Shown here: positions 1 to 8,564 of the stretch, one piece after another
Position numbering within the stretch: position 1 is the first letter of the stretch
How the letters are laid out: every line of letters starts with the position of its first letter
NCBI GenBank assembly: GCA_019744895.1
Contig: JAIETV010000002.1
Location: 6-64,005, forward strand
Length of the DNA stretch: 64,000 nt
Origin: Candidatus Babeliaceae bacterium
GTDB taxonomy: Bacteria > Babelota > Babeliae > Babelales > Babelaceae
Direction: 5' to 3'
Notes under the pieces: model-generated
Told to the model about the DNA's origin: nothing
Seen by the model: the letters and a program-made list of their open reading frames with translations, nothing else
The model's database searches: none
Made by a program: the position numbers and the translations under genes

Positions 1-950
<950 letters not shown>

Positions 951-1040
951 TCACACTATAAATTTTATTAACGATAAAAAATTATCTTACTTTGCATTAC
1001 AAGTATTTCAAAGCATAAGTTGAAATTTTGGTTTTAACCA

Positions 1041-1179
1041 TTAAAGATTTCCTGGTGCGTATAGTTGTGGGGTCACACCCGTTCCCATTCCGAATACGGC
1101 AGTTAAGTCTACAACGTCGATGATACTTACCTGGTAACGGGTTGGAAAAGTAGATAGTGCCAGGATTAAATTTAAGCTC
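1041..1179 (+). repeat. Direct repeat copy A (5S rRNA plus ~10 nt leader and start of terminator)
   Basis: TTAAAGATTTCCTGGTGCG...GTGCCAGGATTAAATTTAAGCT recurs at 1804-1943. The 5S part reads identical by eye, with a single 1-nt indel in the trailer. Confidence 0.9.
1051..1166 (+). rRNA. rrf: 5S ribosomal RNA, copy 1
   Basis: About 116 nt with the 5S hallmarks CCCGTTCCCATTCCGAAC-like (CCCGTTCCCATTCCGAATAC) and a terminal helix CCTGGTG / TGCCAGG. It lies ~100 nt after the 23S end. Ends are accurate to about 2 nt. Confidence 0.93.
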
Positions 1180-1208
1180 CAGCTCAAAAAAGCTGGGGCT
1201 TTTTTTTT
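1175..1208 (+). terminator. Rho-independent terminator after 5S copy 1
   Basis: 10-bp stem AGCTCCAGCT / AGCTGGGGCT (one G:U), loop CAAAAA, followed by T8. Confidence 0.8.
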
Positions 1209-1283
1209 AATTGATATAGTTTTGGGTGTATGGTTACGTAATGGTCAATTAATTATAGTAAGTATCTATAGGGTCTGTGTGTT

Positions 1284-1745
1284 ATGAAAAAAACTCTTTT
1301 TCTTTCGTTATTTTTTGGACTGTTTGCTTCATTTTGCCTTTCTGCTCAGGTGCAGCAGGTAATGTCTGCAAATTTAGAAAATCAAATTCATTTACCAACA
1401 GGACGACATATAATTGCAGATCTATGGGAATGTGAGAATTGTGATTATCGGACTGACATAGAAAAAGTACTGCGTGAAGCTGCCGACAAAGCCGGTGCTA
1501 CCGTGCTTAATATATATGTTCATAAATTCGACCCTAGCGGAATGACCGCAACTGTAGCCCTTTCAGAATCGCATATTACTTTTCATACCTGGCCTGATGA
1601 TGGTGGCTTTGTAGCGTGCGATATTTTTACCTGCGGTACTAACGCGTTACCAGAAAAAGGTTTAGAAGTTCTTATAGAATACTTTAAGCCTAAAAAACGT
1701 ATTATACGCATACTCGGGCGTGGACAGGCTGCAGAAAATAAATAA
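1284..1745 (+). CDS. speH: S-adenosylmethionine decarboxylase proenzyme (small pyruvoyl class-1 type) with N-terminal signal peptide
   Basis: GRHIIADLWEC, the LSESHITFHTWP self-cleavage motif (E-S) and DIFTCG match the small Thermotoga/Bacillus-type AdoMetDC. The N-terminus MKKTLFLSLFFGLFASFCLSAQ looks like a Sec signal. Confidence 0.8.
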   Translation: MKKTLFLSLFFGLFASFCLSAQVQQVMSANLENQIHLPTGRHIIADLWECENCDYRTDIEKVLREAADKAGATVLNIYVHKFDPSGMTATVALSESHITFHTWPDDGGFVACDIFTCGTNALPEKGLEVLIEYFKPKKRIIRILGRGQAAENK

Positions 1746-1803
1746 GTACTTCCGGTTTTATTAAAAGCAGTTATACTTGAAGAATAATTAGATTTCTAAA
1801 TTT

Positions 1804-1943
1804 TTAAAGATTTCCTGGTGCGTATAGTTGTGGGGTCACACCCGTTCCCATTCCGAATACGGCAGTTAAGTCTACAACGTCGATGATACTTACCTGGTAA
1901 CGGGTTGGAAAAGTAGATAGTGCCAGGATTAAAATTTAAGCTT
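1804..1943 (+). repeat. Direct repeat copy B (5S rRNA plus leader and trailer)
   Basis: Second copy of the 1041-1179 segment, 763 nt downstream. Confidence 0.9.
1814..1929 (+). rRNA. rrf: 5S ribosomal RNA, copy 2
   Basis: Reads identical to the 1051-1166 sequence. Confidence 0.93.
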
Positions 1944-1970
1944 CAGTAATAAAAAACTGAGGCTTTTTTT
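1939..1970 (+). terminator. Rho-independent terminator after 5S copy 2
   Basis: 9-bp stem AGCTTCAGT / ACTGAGGCT, loop AATAAAAA, then a T-run. The stem differs from the copy-1 terminator by a compensatory C:G to T:A change. Confidence 0.8.
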
Positions 1971-2103
1971 GTCTTTTGTTTATACTTAAACCCAGATTAC
2001 TTAAAAATTATTAAGGTAAGAGTATGTATAAGTTACAAGTTAGTACTCTTTTGCTCTTTGTGGGGTCTTTTATGTTTTTATTAGCAGAAGTTAAAGAAAG
2101 ATA

Positions 2104-2123
2104 GGGGCTTAAGAACAAGCCCC
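2104..2123. terminator. Hairpin, probable bidirectional terminator
   Basis: GGGGCTT AAGAAC AAGCCCC with T-rich flanks on both strands. It sits 6 nt beyond the stop of the minus-strand gene ending at 2130. Confidence 0.55.
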
Positions 2124-2129
2124 TTTACA

Positions 2130-2483
2130 TTATTTCTTATTTTGATTGATCATAGCAAGTAGCTTTTGTGCTGCTGATTTGATTTCATGATTATGTTTAT
2201 TGCCAGCCTCTTGCTCAGCGGCTATTAAACCGCTTTTGTGCAAAACACTAAAATCACCATAAGGATAAACGTATTTATCTTTACTATTTTGATCTGCATC
2301 GGTATCGATCCCAAGAAACCATAGGCCATACTCTTTTAATGAATGAGTATTTAAAAATTGAGCCATTTCATTAACGTCCGGTTTAATTTCCTTCCAGTTT
2401 GATGTTTCATGTTCAACTTCAAGACCATTTTTAATGATCTCAAGAGCGTGTTCATAGCCTTCTTTATTTATCTTGATAGTCAT
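2130..2483 (-). CDS. Hypothetical protein
   Basis: Start moved to the internal ATG (MTIKINKEGY...), which is preceded by AAAGGAGATAGTT. The longer ORF start lacks an RBS and overlaps the upstream gene. No family recognised. Confidence 0.6.
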   Translation of the reverse strand: MTIKINKEGYEHALEIIKNGLEVEHETSNWKEIKPDVNEMAQFLNTHSLKEYGLWFLGIDTDADQNSKDKYVYPYGDFSVLHKSGLIAAEQEAGNKHNHEIKSAAQKLLAMINQNKK

Positions 2484-2485
2484 AA

Positions 2486-2953
2486 CTATCTCCTTTCTTT
2501 GCAGTTGCATGAACAGATATGTTCGCATCCGCACATTTTTGACATCCAAACGGCAAAAGCGGTAATAATGGCACAAATAAAAATGCCCCAGGCAATATCA
2601 TAACCTATAATTTCTGTAGGCCAATTAGGTAAAACCGCATAATTAGTTAGTTCGTAGGTCCCATAAACTATAAGGCCATATATACCGCCCTTTACTAATG
2701 CGTACCAATATGAACCATGCGTTCGAGGAAGCACAAAAAGAATAATTCCTTTAACAATAAGTGCCCAGACTGCGATAGCAGCAAGAGTTTTAAGGTCTAA
2801 TATTCCTGCGCTCCCCATGTTAGAAACCACTCCAAGCTTTTCTTGATACATATCTTTCATAAAGAAAAATATCCAGAGGCAGTCCAGAGCAATGAATGCA
2901 CCTAGTGACGTAACATACAGTTTGAGGGTTTGCCAATTTAAACAGTGAAACAT
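2486..2953 (-). CDS. Integral membrane protein (DUF2177-like) with Cys-rich C-terminal tail
   Basis: Four predicted TM segments. The YGTYELTNYAVLPNWP motif resembles the DUF2177 membrane family. The tail is KMCGCEHICSCNCKERR. The stop is 2 nt from the downstream gene start. Confidence 0.55.
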   Translation of the reverse strand: MFHCLNWQTLKLYVTSLGAFIALDCLWIFFFMKDMYQEKLGVVSNMGSAGILDLKTLAAIAVWALIVKGIILFVLPRTHGSYWYALVKGGIYGLIVYGTYELTNYAVLPNWPTEIIGYDIAWGIFICAIITAFAVWMSKMCGCEHICSCNCKERR

Positions 2954-3434
2954 TTACACTCCTTTTTAGGTAGTACGGGTTTTAAGATATTTTCTTAAAA
3001 GTTTACGATATAAGTAATCTAACAGTTTTTTGCTAGTGATTTTCAAGAATTTATACTAGAGATGGCCTAAATATCTTTATCTATAAGCTCTAAATTGCAA
3101 GACAAAAGGATTTTCATTTATAAAAAAATGTCCAAAAATATGATTAAGCTTTACATATTCCGATTCTTTCGCTTTTTCTGATAAAGTGTAAGGTCCGAAA
3201 AGCGCCTATTTAGGCGTGTTTTAATAATTTTTTATCAGAGCATTTACATTTAAAGCATATCGAATGCGTGATTTTATTTTCAATAATCTTTCATTTCTAC
3301 CAAATGTATAGCGCATCGCAAACATAAGCGAATGTATATTGTGACACACTCTTTTTTAGGCACCCCTAAAGATGTTACAGTTATAACTAGGGATAAAAAA
3401 ATAGTACATTAACTGTACAAAAAAGGGGGGCGCT

Positions 3435-4367
3435 ATGAAAAAAGCATTAGAATTTTTTTTATTTATATTAGTATTTTTTTTAAGCAAGTCGTATATTTTT
3501 TCACTGGATAATTTTATTGCTCAATATCAGCGGCCTATTACGGTACTGGAGATTACGGACTCTCAAGAGTTTTATACGCTTCGATTTGCCTCGCGCCAAA
3601 AAGGAGTTTTTGTTTTATTATCGCAAGCAGAAAAAATAGATTCTATAAAAAAAAGAGCTCAAGATTATAATAATATTGTTTTGCTTAATCCAAAGAAATT
3701 TACAACATCTTCTCTTGTTGAATTGGCTTCATGCGAACATTTTGATGTTACTTTGGTCCATGATTGGGCTATGTTGCAAAAAAACCCTTATATTGTGAGT
3801 GCTCTTTTGGCTTTGGGAGATTATCTTATTTTAGATGTTGCAAATACCTATGTTGATAAAATTTTATCTGAAGATCAAAAAAATAAAATTGTATGGAAAC
3901 ATGAGTTGCAATATGGCAAACAAAGAATCTGCCTAAAGAATTCTAAAACTTCCTTGGGTAAGGCACGTTGGGTTATGAGTTCTCTGGCGATTTCTCGTCA
4001 GCCATCGTATACCATTTTAAGTACGTTTACAGAAAAGAAATTAGTTAAAGGAGCGCATAAACAAACATCAGATTGGGTGGCTGGCATAAACCTCGTTTCA
4101 GCAATTATGCTTCATGTACAATTCCCAAATAATGAAATTTTACGTGAGAATATTAAACAATTTATGCAGATTAATCACAATGATCCTGTAATCGGTAACA
4201 TGATTGTTCAGGGAAAAAAGGTTAAATTGATAGATTTTGCAGATTCGCGTCGAAATGCTAATCAAGAAAAGTGCATCAAGGCAGCATTAAAGCTTTTTAC
4301 ATGGATGCATAGACCCAAAGATCCTTATGCTACTATCGAAAAGTACTCATACTATGTGAATAATTAG
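3435..4367 (+). CDS. Signal/anchor-bearing protein with C-terminal protein-kinase-like catalytic motifs
   Basis: GGGGG RBS upstream. Hydrophobic N-terminus MKKALEFFLFILVFFLS. INHNDPVIGNMIV...KLIDFAD fits HxDxxxxN ... DF(G/A) of the kinase-like fold (APH/choline/LPS kinase type). The N-terminal half is Rossmann-like (VLEITD...DVTLVHDW). Confidence 0.5.
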   Translation: MKKALEFFLFILVFFLSKSYIFSLDNFIAQYQRPITVLEITDSQEFYTLRFASRQKGVFVLLSQAEKIDSIKKRAQDYNNIVLLNPKKFTTSSLVELASCEHFDVTLVHDWAMLQKNPYIVSALLALGDYLILDVANTYVDKILSEDQKNKIVWKHELQYGKQRICLKNSKTSLGKARWVMSSLAISRQPSYTILSTFTEKKLVKGAHKQTSDWVAGINLVSAIMLHVQFPNNEILRENIKQFMQINHNDPVIGNMIVQGKKVKLIDFADSRRNANQEKCIKAALKLFTWMHRPKDPYATIEKYSYYVNN

Positions 4368-4374
4368 TAAAAAA

Positions 4375-4406
4375 GCCCTACGTAGCTTTCACTGCGTAGG
4401 GCTTTT
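4375..4406. terminator. Bidirectional rho-independent terminator
   Basis: AAAAA GCCCTACG tagctttcactg CGTAGGGC TTTT, between convergent genes ending at 4367 (+) and 4452 (-). Confidence 0.75.
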
Positions 4407-4451
4407 ATATTTCTAAAGCTAAAGTGCTGTAGAAAACAAAATCACTAATAT

Positions 4452-4862
4452 TTAATAGCGATCTTTGTTTCCACGGAAACCGCCGGTAGAACCTGAACGG
4501 AAGCCAGAACCAGGCGTGCGTTCGCGTGAACCGCCAAAACCACCTTGTGAACCGCTGCTTCTATAACCGCCTTGGCCGCCGCCATTGCTTCTAAAACCGC
4601 CTTGACCAGGTGTGCGGGGTTGTGGTGGACGTGCAGTATTAACACGAACTCTCTGTCCTTCAAGATCAGAATTATCAAGTGCATTAATAGCTTGTTGTGC
4701 TTGCTCGTCATCTTCCATGGTCAAGAAAGCAAAACCACGTGGCTCTCCAGTAAACTTGTCGGTCATGATTTTAACTGACGAGACTGCGCCAAATGCTTCG
4801 AAAAGCTTACGTAACGCGTCTTCAGTAACTGTGCGGGAGAGGTTCCCAACGTAAATATTCAT
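4452..4862 (-). CDS. RRM-type RNA-binding protein with Gly/Arg-rich tail
   Basis: RNP-2 IYVGNL and RNP-1 RGFAFLTM. The C-terminal tail is rich in RGG/GGF repeats. Confidence 0.85.
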   Translation of the reverse strand: MNIYVGNLSRTVTEDALRKLFEAFGAVSSVKIMTDKFTGEPRGFAFLTMEDDEQAQQAINALDNSDLEGQRVRVNTARPPQPRTPGQGGFRSNGGGQGGYRSSGSQGGFGGSRERTPGSGFRSGSTGGFRGNKDRY

Positions 4863-5020
4863 AAAAAACTCACTTAAAAAAAATAAAACAATTTGACTTT
4901 AAAAAAACTAGAAAGATTTTTTAGAGACTTTACCATCTTACCACAATTTACGGTTTTTACAATATAGTGTAAACTGACCTTTATCGTTAATCTATAACTT
5001 TATAACTCCAAAGCGTATTT

Positions 5021-6196
5021 ATGAAACAATCAATAATTCAATCATCTATCCTATCTGTCGCATTGGCAATTTTTGCTATGCTTTTTGGTTCAGGTAATAT
5101 CGTTTTTCCTCTCGGTCTTGGGCGTGACATGGGTACTATGGCACTCTATGCTATGATTGGCTTTTCTTTAACGGCGGTTTTAGTGCCCTTCCTAGGTATT
5201 ATGGCCATGACGCTTTATGGGGGTAGCTATGATTTATTTTTTGAAACTATTGGTAAAATACCAGGGAAAATAGTAATTTTTTGCTGTATGCTTCTGATTG
5301 GACCCTTTTGTGTCATTCCGCGGTCGATTGCTGTTGCCCATGGTTCTTTGAGTTGGATGTTTCCACAACTTTCCATTTTTGCTTTTAGTTTAATAGCAAC
5401 CATGATTCTCTATTCACTTACAGCTCGTCAGTCGGGGCTGTTGAATATTTTAGGTAAAATTCTTGGGCCTTTAAAGCTTTTCTTATTGAGTGCTATTATT
5501 ATTAAAGGTTTTTTTGTTGCAACTAATCCCGCAAATTGCAGTTTATCAGCAGCCTCTGTGCTTACTAAAGGTGCTTTAGTAGGCTATGGAACTTTAGATC
5601 TTCTGGGAGCATTTTTCTTTACTAATATAATTCTTATTGGACTTAAGCGTAAAATTGATGATAAGCAACTTACAAATAAGCAAATTTTTTCTATGACTTT
5701 ACAAGGCGGACTTCTGGGAAGTTTGCTTTTAGGGGCAGTTTATGCTGGATTTGTTATTGTTTCTTCTTTCCAGTCAATAGTTTGCCAAGGTGTTGATGAA
5801 AAAAAATTATTAAGCGAGTTAGCATTCCAGTTGCTTGGGCAGGCTGGTGGAGTTCTTGCTAGCATTACTATCGCAGTTGCGTGTTTAACTACTGCTGTCG
5901 CGTTGACCACCGTGTTTGCAGATTATCTTTCAAAAGATTTATTAAAGAAATCGATTTCTTACCATATGGCTTTGTATGTGACATTATTAATAACATTAAT
6001 CTTTGCAAATTATGGTTTTGAAACTATCATGAGTTTGGTTGCACCCGTAATAATGATTCTTTATCCTGCGCTTATCGCATTAGCTCTTGCAAATATAATT
6101 CGTAAGATTTTTGATATTAATTTCAGTAAGTTAGCTTTTTACGGTGTATTTGCGCTTACACTTTTGATAAATTACTACCCATTATTTTTCAGGTAA
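5021..6196 (+). CDS. brnQ: Branched-chain amino acid transport system II carrier (LIVCS family)
   Basis: Polytopic membrane protein. The N-terminal FGSGNIVFPLGLG matches the BrnQ signature FGAGNxIFPP. Confidence 0.7.
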   Translation: MKQSIIQSSILSVALAIFAMLFGSGNIVFPLGLGRDMGTMALYAMIGFSLTAVLVPFLGIMAMTLYGGSYDLFFETIGKIPGKIVIFCCMLLIGPFCVIPRSIAVAHGSLSWMFPQLSIFAFSLIATMILYSLTARQSGLLNILGKILGPLKLFLLSAIIIKGFFVATNPANCSLSAASVLTKGALVGYGTLDLLGAFFFTNIILIGLKRKIDDKQLTNKQIFSMTLQGGLLGSLLLGAVYAGFVIVSSFQSIVCQGVDEKKLLSELAFQLLGQAGGVLASITIAVACLTTAVALTTVFADYLSKDLLKKSISYHMALYVTLLITLIFANYGFETIMSLVAPVIMILYPALIALALANIIRKIFDINFSKLAFYGVFALTLLINYYPLFFR

Positions 6197-6202
6197 TACA
6201 AC

Positions 6203-7480
6203 ATGCATTCTGAGTTTCTTGTTCTTGAAAAATCACCAGCTTTATGCGGGATTTCAGATTTAAATGGTGCGAAAAATGCCGTTTTAGTAATTATGGCATC
6301 TCTTATTTTAACATCGGGAAAAAGTAAGCTTTGTAATGTCCCTTTTTCTCATGATGTTTTTCAGATGATTGCATTATTAGAATCTTTAGGGGCTGGCGTG
6401 GTTATCCATGAAGAATCCCAATCGCTTACTATCGATACAACAACTATCATCAAGCATGCTGTAAATGCTGAAATCATGAAAAAAATGCGTGCATCAATAT
6501 TGGTTATGGGGCCTCTTTTAGCACGTTTTGGAAAAGCTGCAATAGCACTTCCAGGAGGGTGTCTTATAGGAGACCGCCCTGTCGATATGCATTTAAATGC
6601 GTTTGCGCGCATGGGTGCAGAAATTTCTCTTGACGGTTCATGCGTGTACGCCCAAGCAGTACACCTAAAGGCGCAAAAATTTATTTTGGCATACCCGAGC
6701 GTCGGAGCCACTGAAAATATAATGATGGCAGCAACGCTTATACAAGGTAAAACAACTATCGTTAATGCCGCATTAGAACCTGAAGTTTTCGATTTGGCAG
6801 CTATTCTAAAAAAAATGGGTGCACATATTGATTTGTTGCCTGCGGGTGTAATTGAAATCGTTGGTGTGCCAGAACTTAAGCCGGTAACACATACTATTAT
6901 TATGGATCGTCTAGAAGCCGGCACTCTATTATTAGCAACCGCAGTTACTGGTGGGGAAATTGCCTTACCTCAAGGGCCTGGCCATTCACTCGAGGTATTT
7001 TTAGAAAAACTTTGCGAAATGGGCCATTCTGTCGACACCGGCATAGATGGTATTGGTATTTATTTTAAGGCTACCAAATCGCCCAAGGCTGTATCTTTTA
7101 AGACTATGCCCTACCCTGGGTTTCCCACAGATTTACAGGCGCCCATGATGGTTGCTCAGTGCCTGGCTGATGGGACTAGTACCGTAACAGAAACGGTTTT
7201 TGAAAATCGTATGCTACATGTTCGCGAATTACAAAAAATGGGCGCGCATATTGAGCTTGAAGGAATGATTGCCAAAATTAAAGGGGTTGATCGACTTTAT
7301 GGCGCACATCTTATAGCACCCGATATACGTGCATCTGCAGCTTTGGTTATTGCTGGTATTGCAGCTCATGGGTCATCAACGTTATCTGGTATCCATCATT
7401 TATTGCGAGGATATCAAAATCTTTGCGGAACGCTACAAAAGCTTGGCGCAAGAATTATCTACAAATCAGAAGCTATCTAG
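6203..7480 (+). CDS. murA: UDP-N-acetylglucosamine 1-carboxyvinyltransferase
   Basis: GAKNAVL, the active-site loop PGGCLIGDRPVDMHL, FPTDLQAP and the overall length. Confidence 0.95.
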   Translation: MHSEFLVLEKSPALCGISDLNGAKNAVLVIMASLILTSGKSKLCNVPFSHDVFQMIALLESLGAGVVIHEESQSLTIDTTTIIKHAVNAEIMKKMRASILVMGPLLARFGKAAIALPGGCLIGDRPVDMHLNAFARMGAEISLDGSCVYAQAVHLKAQKFILAYPSVGATENIMMAATLIQGKTTIVNAALEPEVFDLAAILKKMGAHIDLLPAGVIEIVGVPELKPVTHTIIMDRLEAGTLLLATAVTGGEIALPQGPGHSLEVFLEKLCEMGHSVDTGIDGIGIYFKATKSPKAVSFKTMPYPGFPTDLQAPMMVAQCLADGTSTVTETVFENRMLHVRELQKMGAHIELEGMIAKIKGVDRLYGAHLIAPDIRASAALVIAGIAAHGSSTLSGIHHLLRGYQNLCGTLQKLGARIIYKSEAI

Positions 7481-7693
7481 ATTATTTTTTTGAAATGGTC
7501 TTATGGTGCAGCTTGGATGATAGCTTGCATAATTAATTCAAAGTGTCTCACGTAACGAAATGTTGCCTTGTAACCTTTGTTTCAGCTAACTATTTTAGAT
7601 ATGTATCACTTTATATTTAGGTATTCGGCACCATTTGTTCGATAATCATACCGTTGACTTTGAAGCATACGTCACCCATTAATTATCTATGTA

Positions 7694-8518
7694 TTAATAA
7701 ATCATTGCGCTAGAAAGCTCAGTAAGTTCTTTAGTAACTTTTGCTTGACGAATCTTATTGTATTCTAGTTTCATCTCGGTTAATAGATTTTTTGCATTCC
7801 GCGTTGAATTATCCATGCTGAGTGCGCGCGCGCTATTTTCTGCGCGTAATGATTCTAGTAGCGAGTAATAAATCCTATTTTTTAAAATTAAATTTCCAAT
7901 ATTTTCCACAATTTCTGAAATAGGTTGTTCTAATTCAAATATCTGTTCTGCAGATTTTGAATCTGAATTATAATGTAATGGCAAAATTGTTTTTTCTGGT
8001 CGTTGTAAAAAGATCGATGCATTGTAGTTACCAAGTATCACCACAGAATCATAATCATGTTTAAGTTGACTAAGTATATTAAAAATTATATCAGTTTTTT
8101 CTGAAAGGTTAGTCAGCGAAAAGATTATTTTATCATGTAGAATAGGCATCTTTTGTGCTTTGCAAAAATCATGGGCATATGGTCCTAATGCGATGCATGA
8201 AAAAGTTTTAGGTTCCTTTTTTTGTAATTCTTTTATAAAATTAAAAAGTGTTATATTAAAACTTCCACAAAAACCTTTTTGAGAGCCGATAATAAGATAA
8301 AGCGGTTCTTTTGTTGATCCAGGTACCAGTGTCAGACCCAACTCTTGCATAAGAATTTCTAGCTGCTGAGTATAAACTTGTAGGTTTTTTTTCTTAATCC
8401 CAAGGCGTGAAAGAGTTGACATAGAAATAAGTTGCATAGCATGCGCGGTCTTGCGTATATTTGTAATGACTTTAATGCGTTCAGCGATGGTAATAAGTTG
8501 AGGCATACGCTTGCTCAT
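7694..8518 (-). CDS. atpG: F-type ATP synthase gamma-subunit-like protein (divergent, not next to other atp genes)
   Basis: N-terminal IKVITNIRKTAHAMQLIS, GFCGSFN, and C-terminal ENSARALSMDNSTRNA...EYNKIRQAKVTKELTEL match the AtpG terminal helices. Confidence 0.7.
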   Translation of the reverse strand: MSKRMPQLITIAERIKVITNIRKTAHAMQLISMSTLSRLGIKKKNLQVYTQQLEILMQELGLTLVPGSTKEPLYLIIGSQKGFCGSFNITLFNFIKELQKKEPKTFSCIALGPYAHDFCKAQKMPILHDKIIFSLTNLSEKTDIIFNILSQLKHDYDSVVILGNYNASIFLQRPEKTILPLHYNSDSKSAEQIFELEQPISEIVENIGNLILKNRIYYSLLESLRAENSARALSMDNSTRNAKNLLTEMKLEYNKIRQAKVTKELTELSSAMIY

Positions 8519-8564
8519 AGGTTAAAAATTTAAGTTTTTTTGAGTATACTAAAAAGAAATTAAG

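Noticed and set aside
4445-4854. Alternative-frame ORFs over the RRM gene (4445-4711-, 4572-4778+, 4612-4854+).
   Set aside because: These are artefacts of the repetitive Gly/Arg-coding region. Only the 4452-4862 frame has the RNP-1/RNP-2 motifs.
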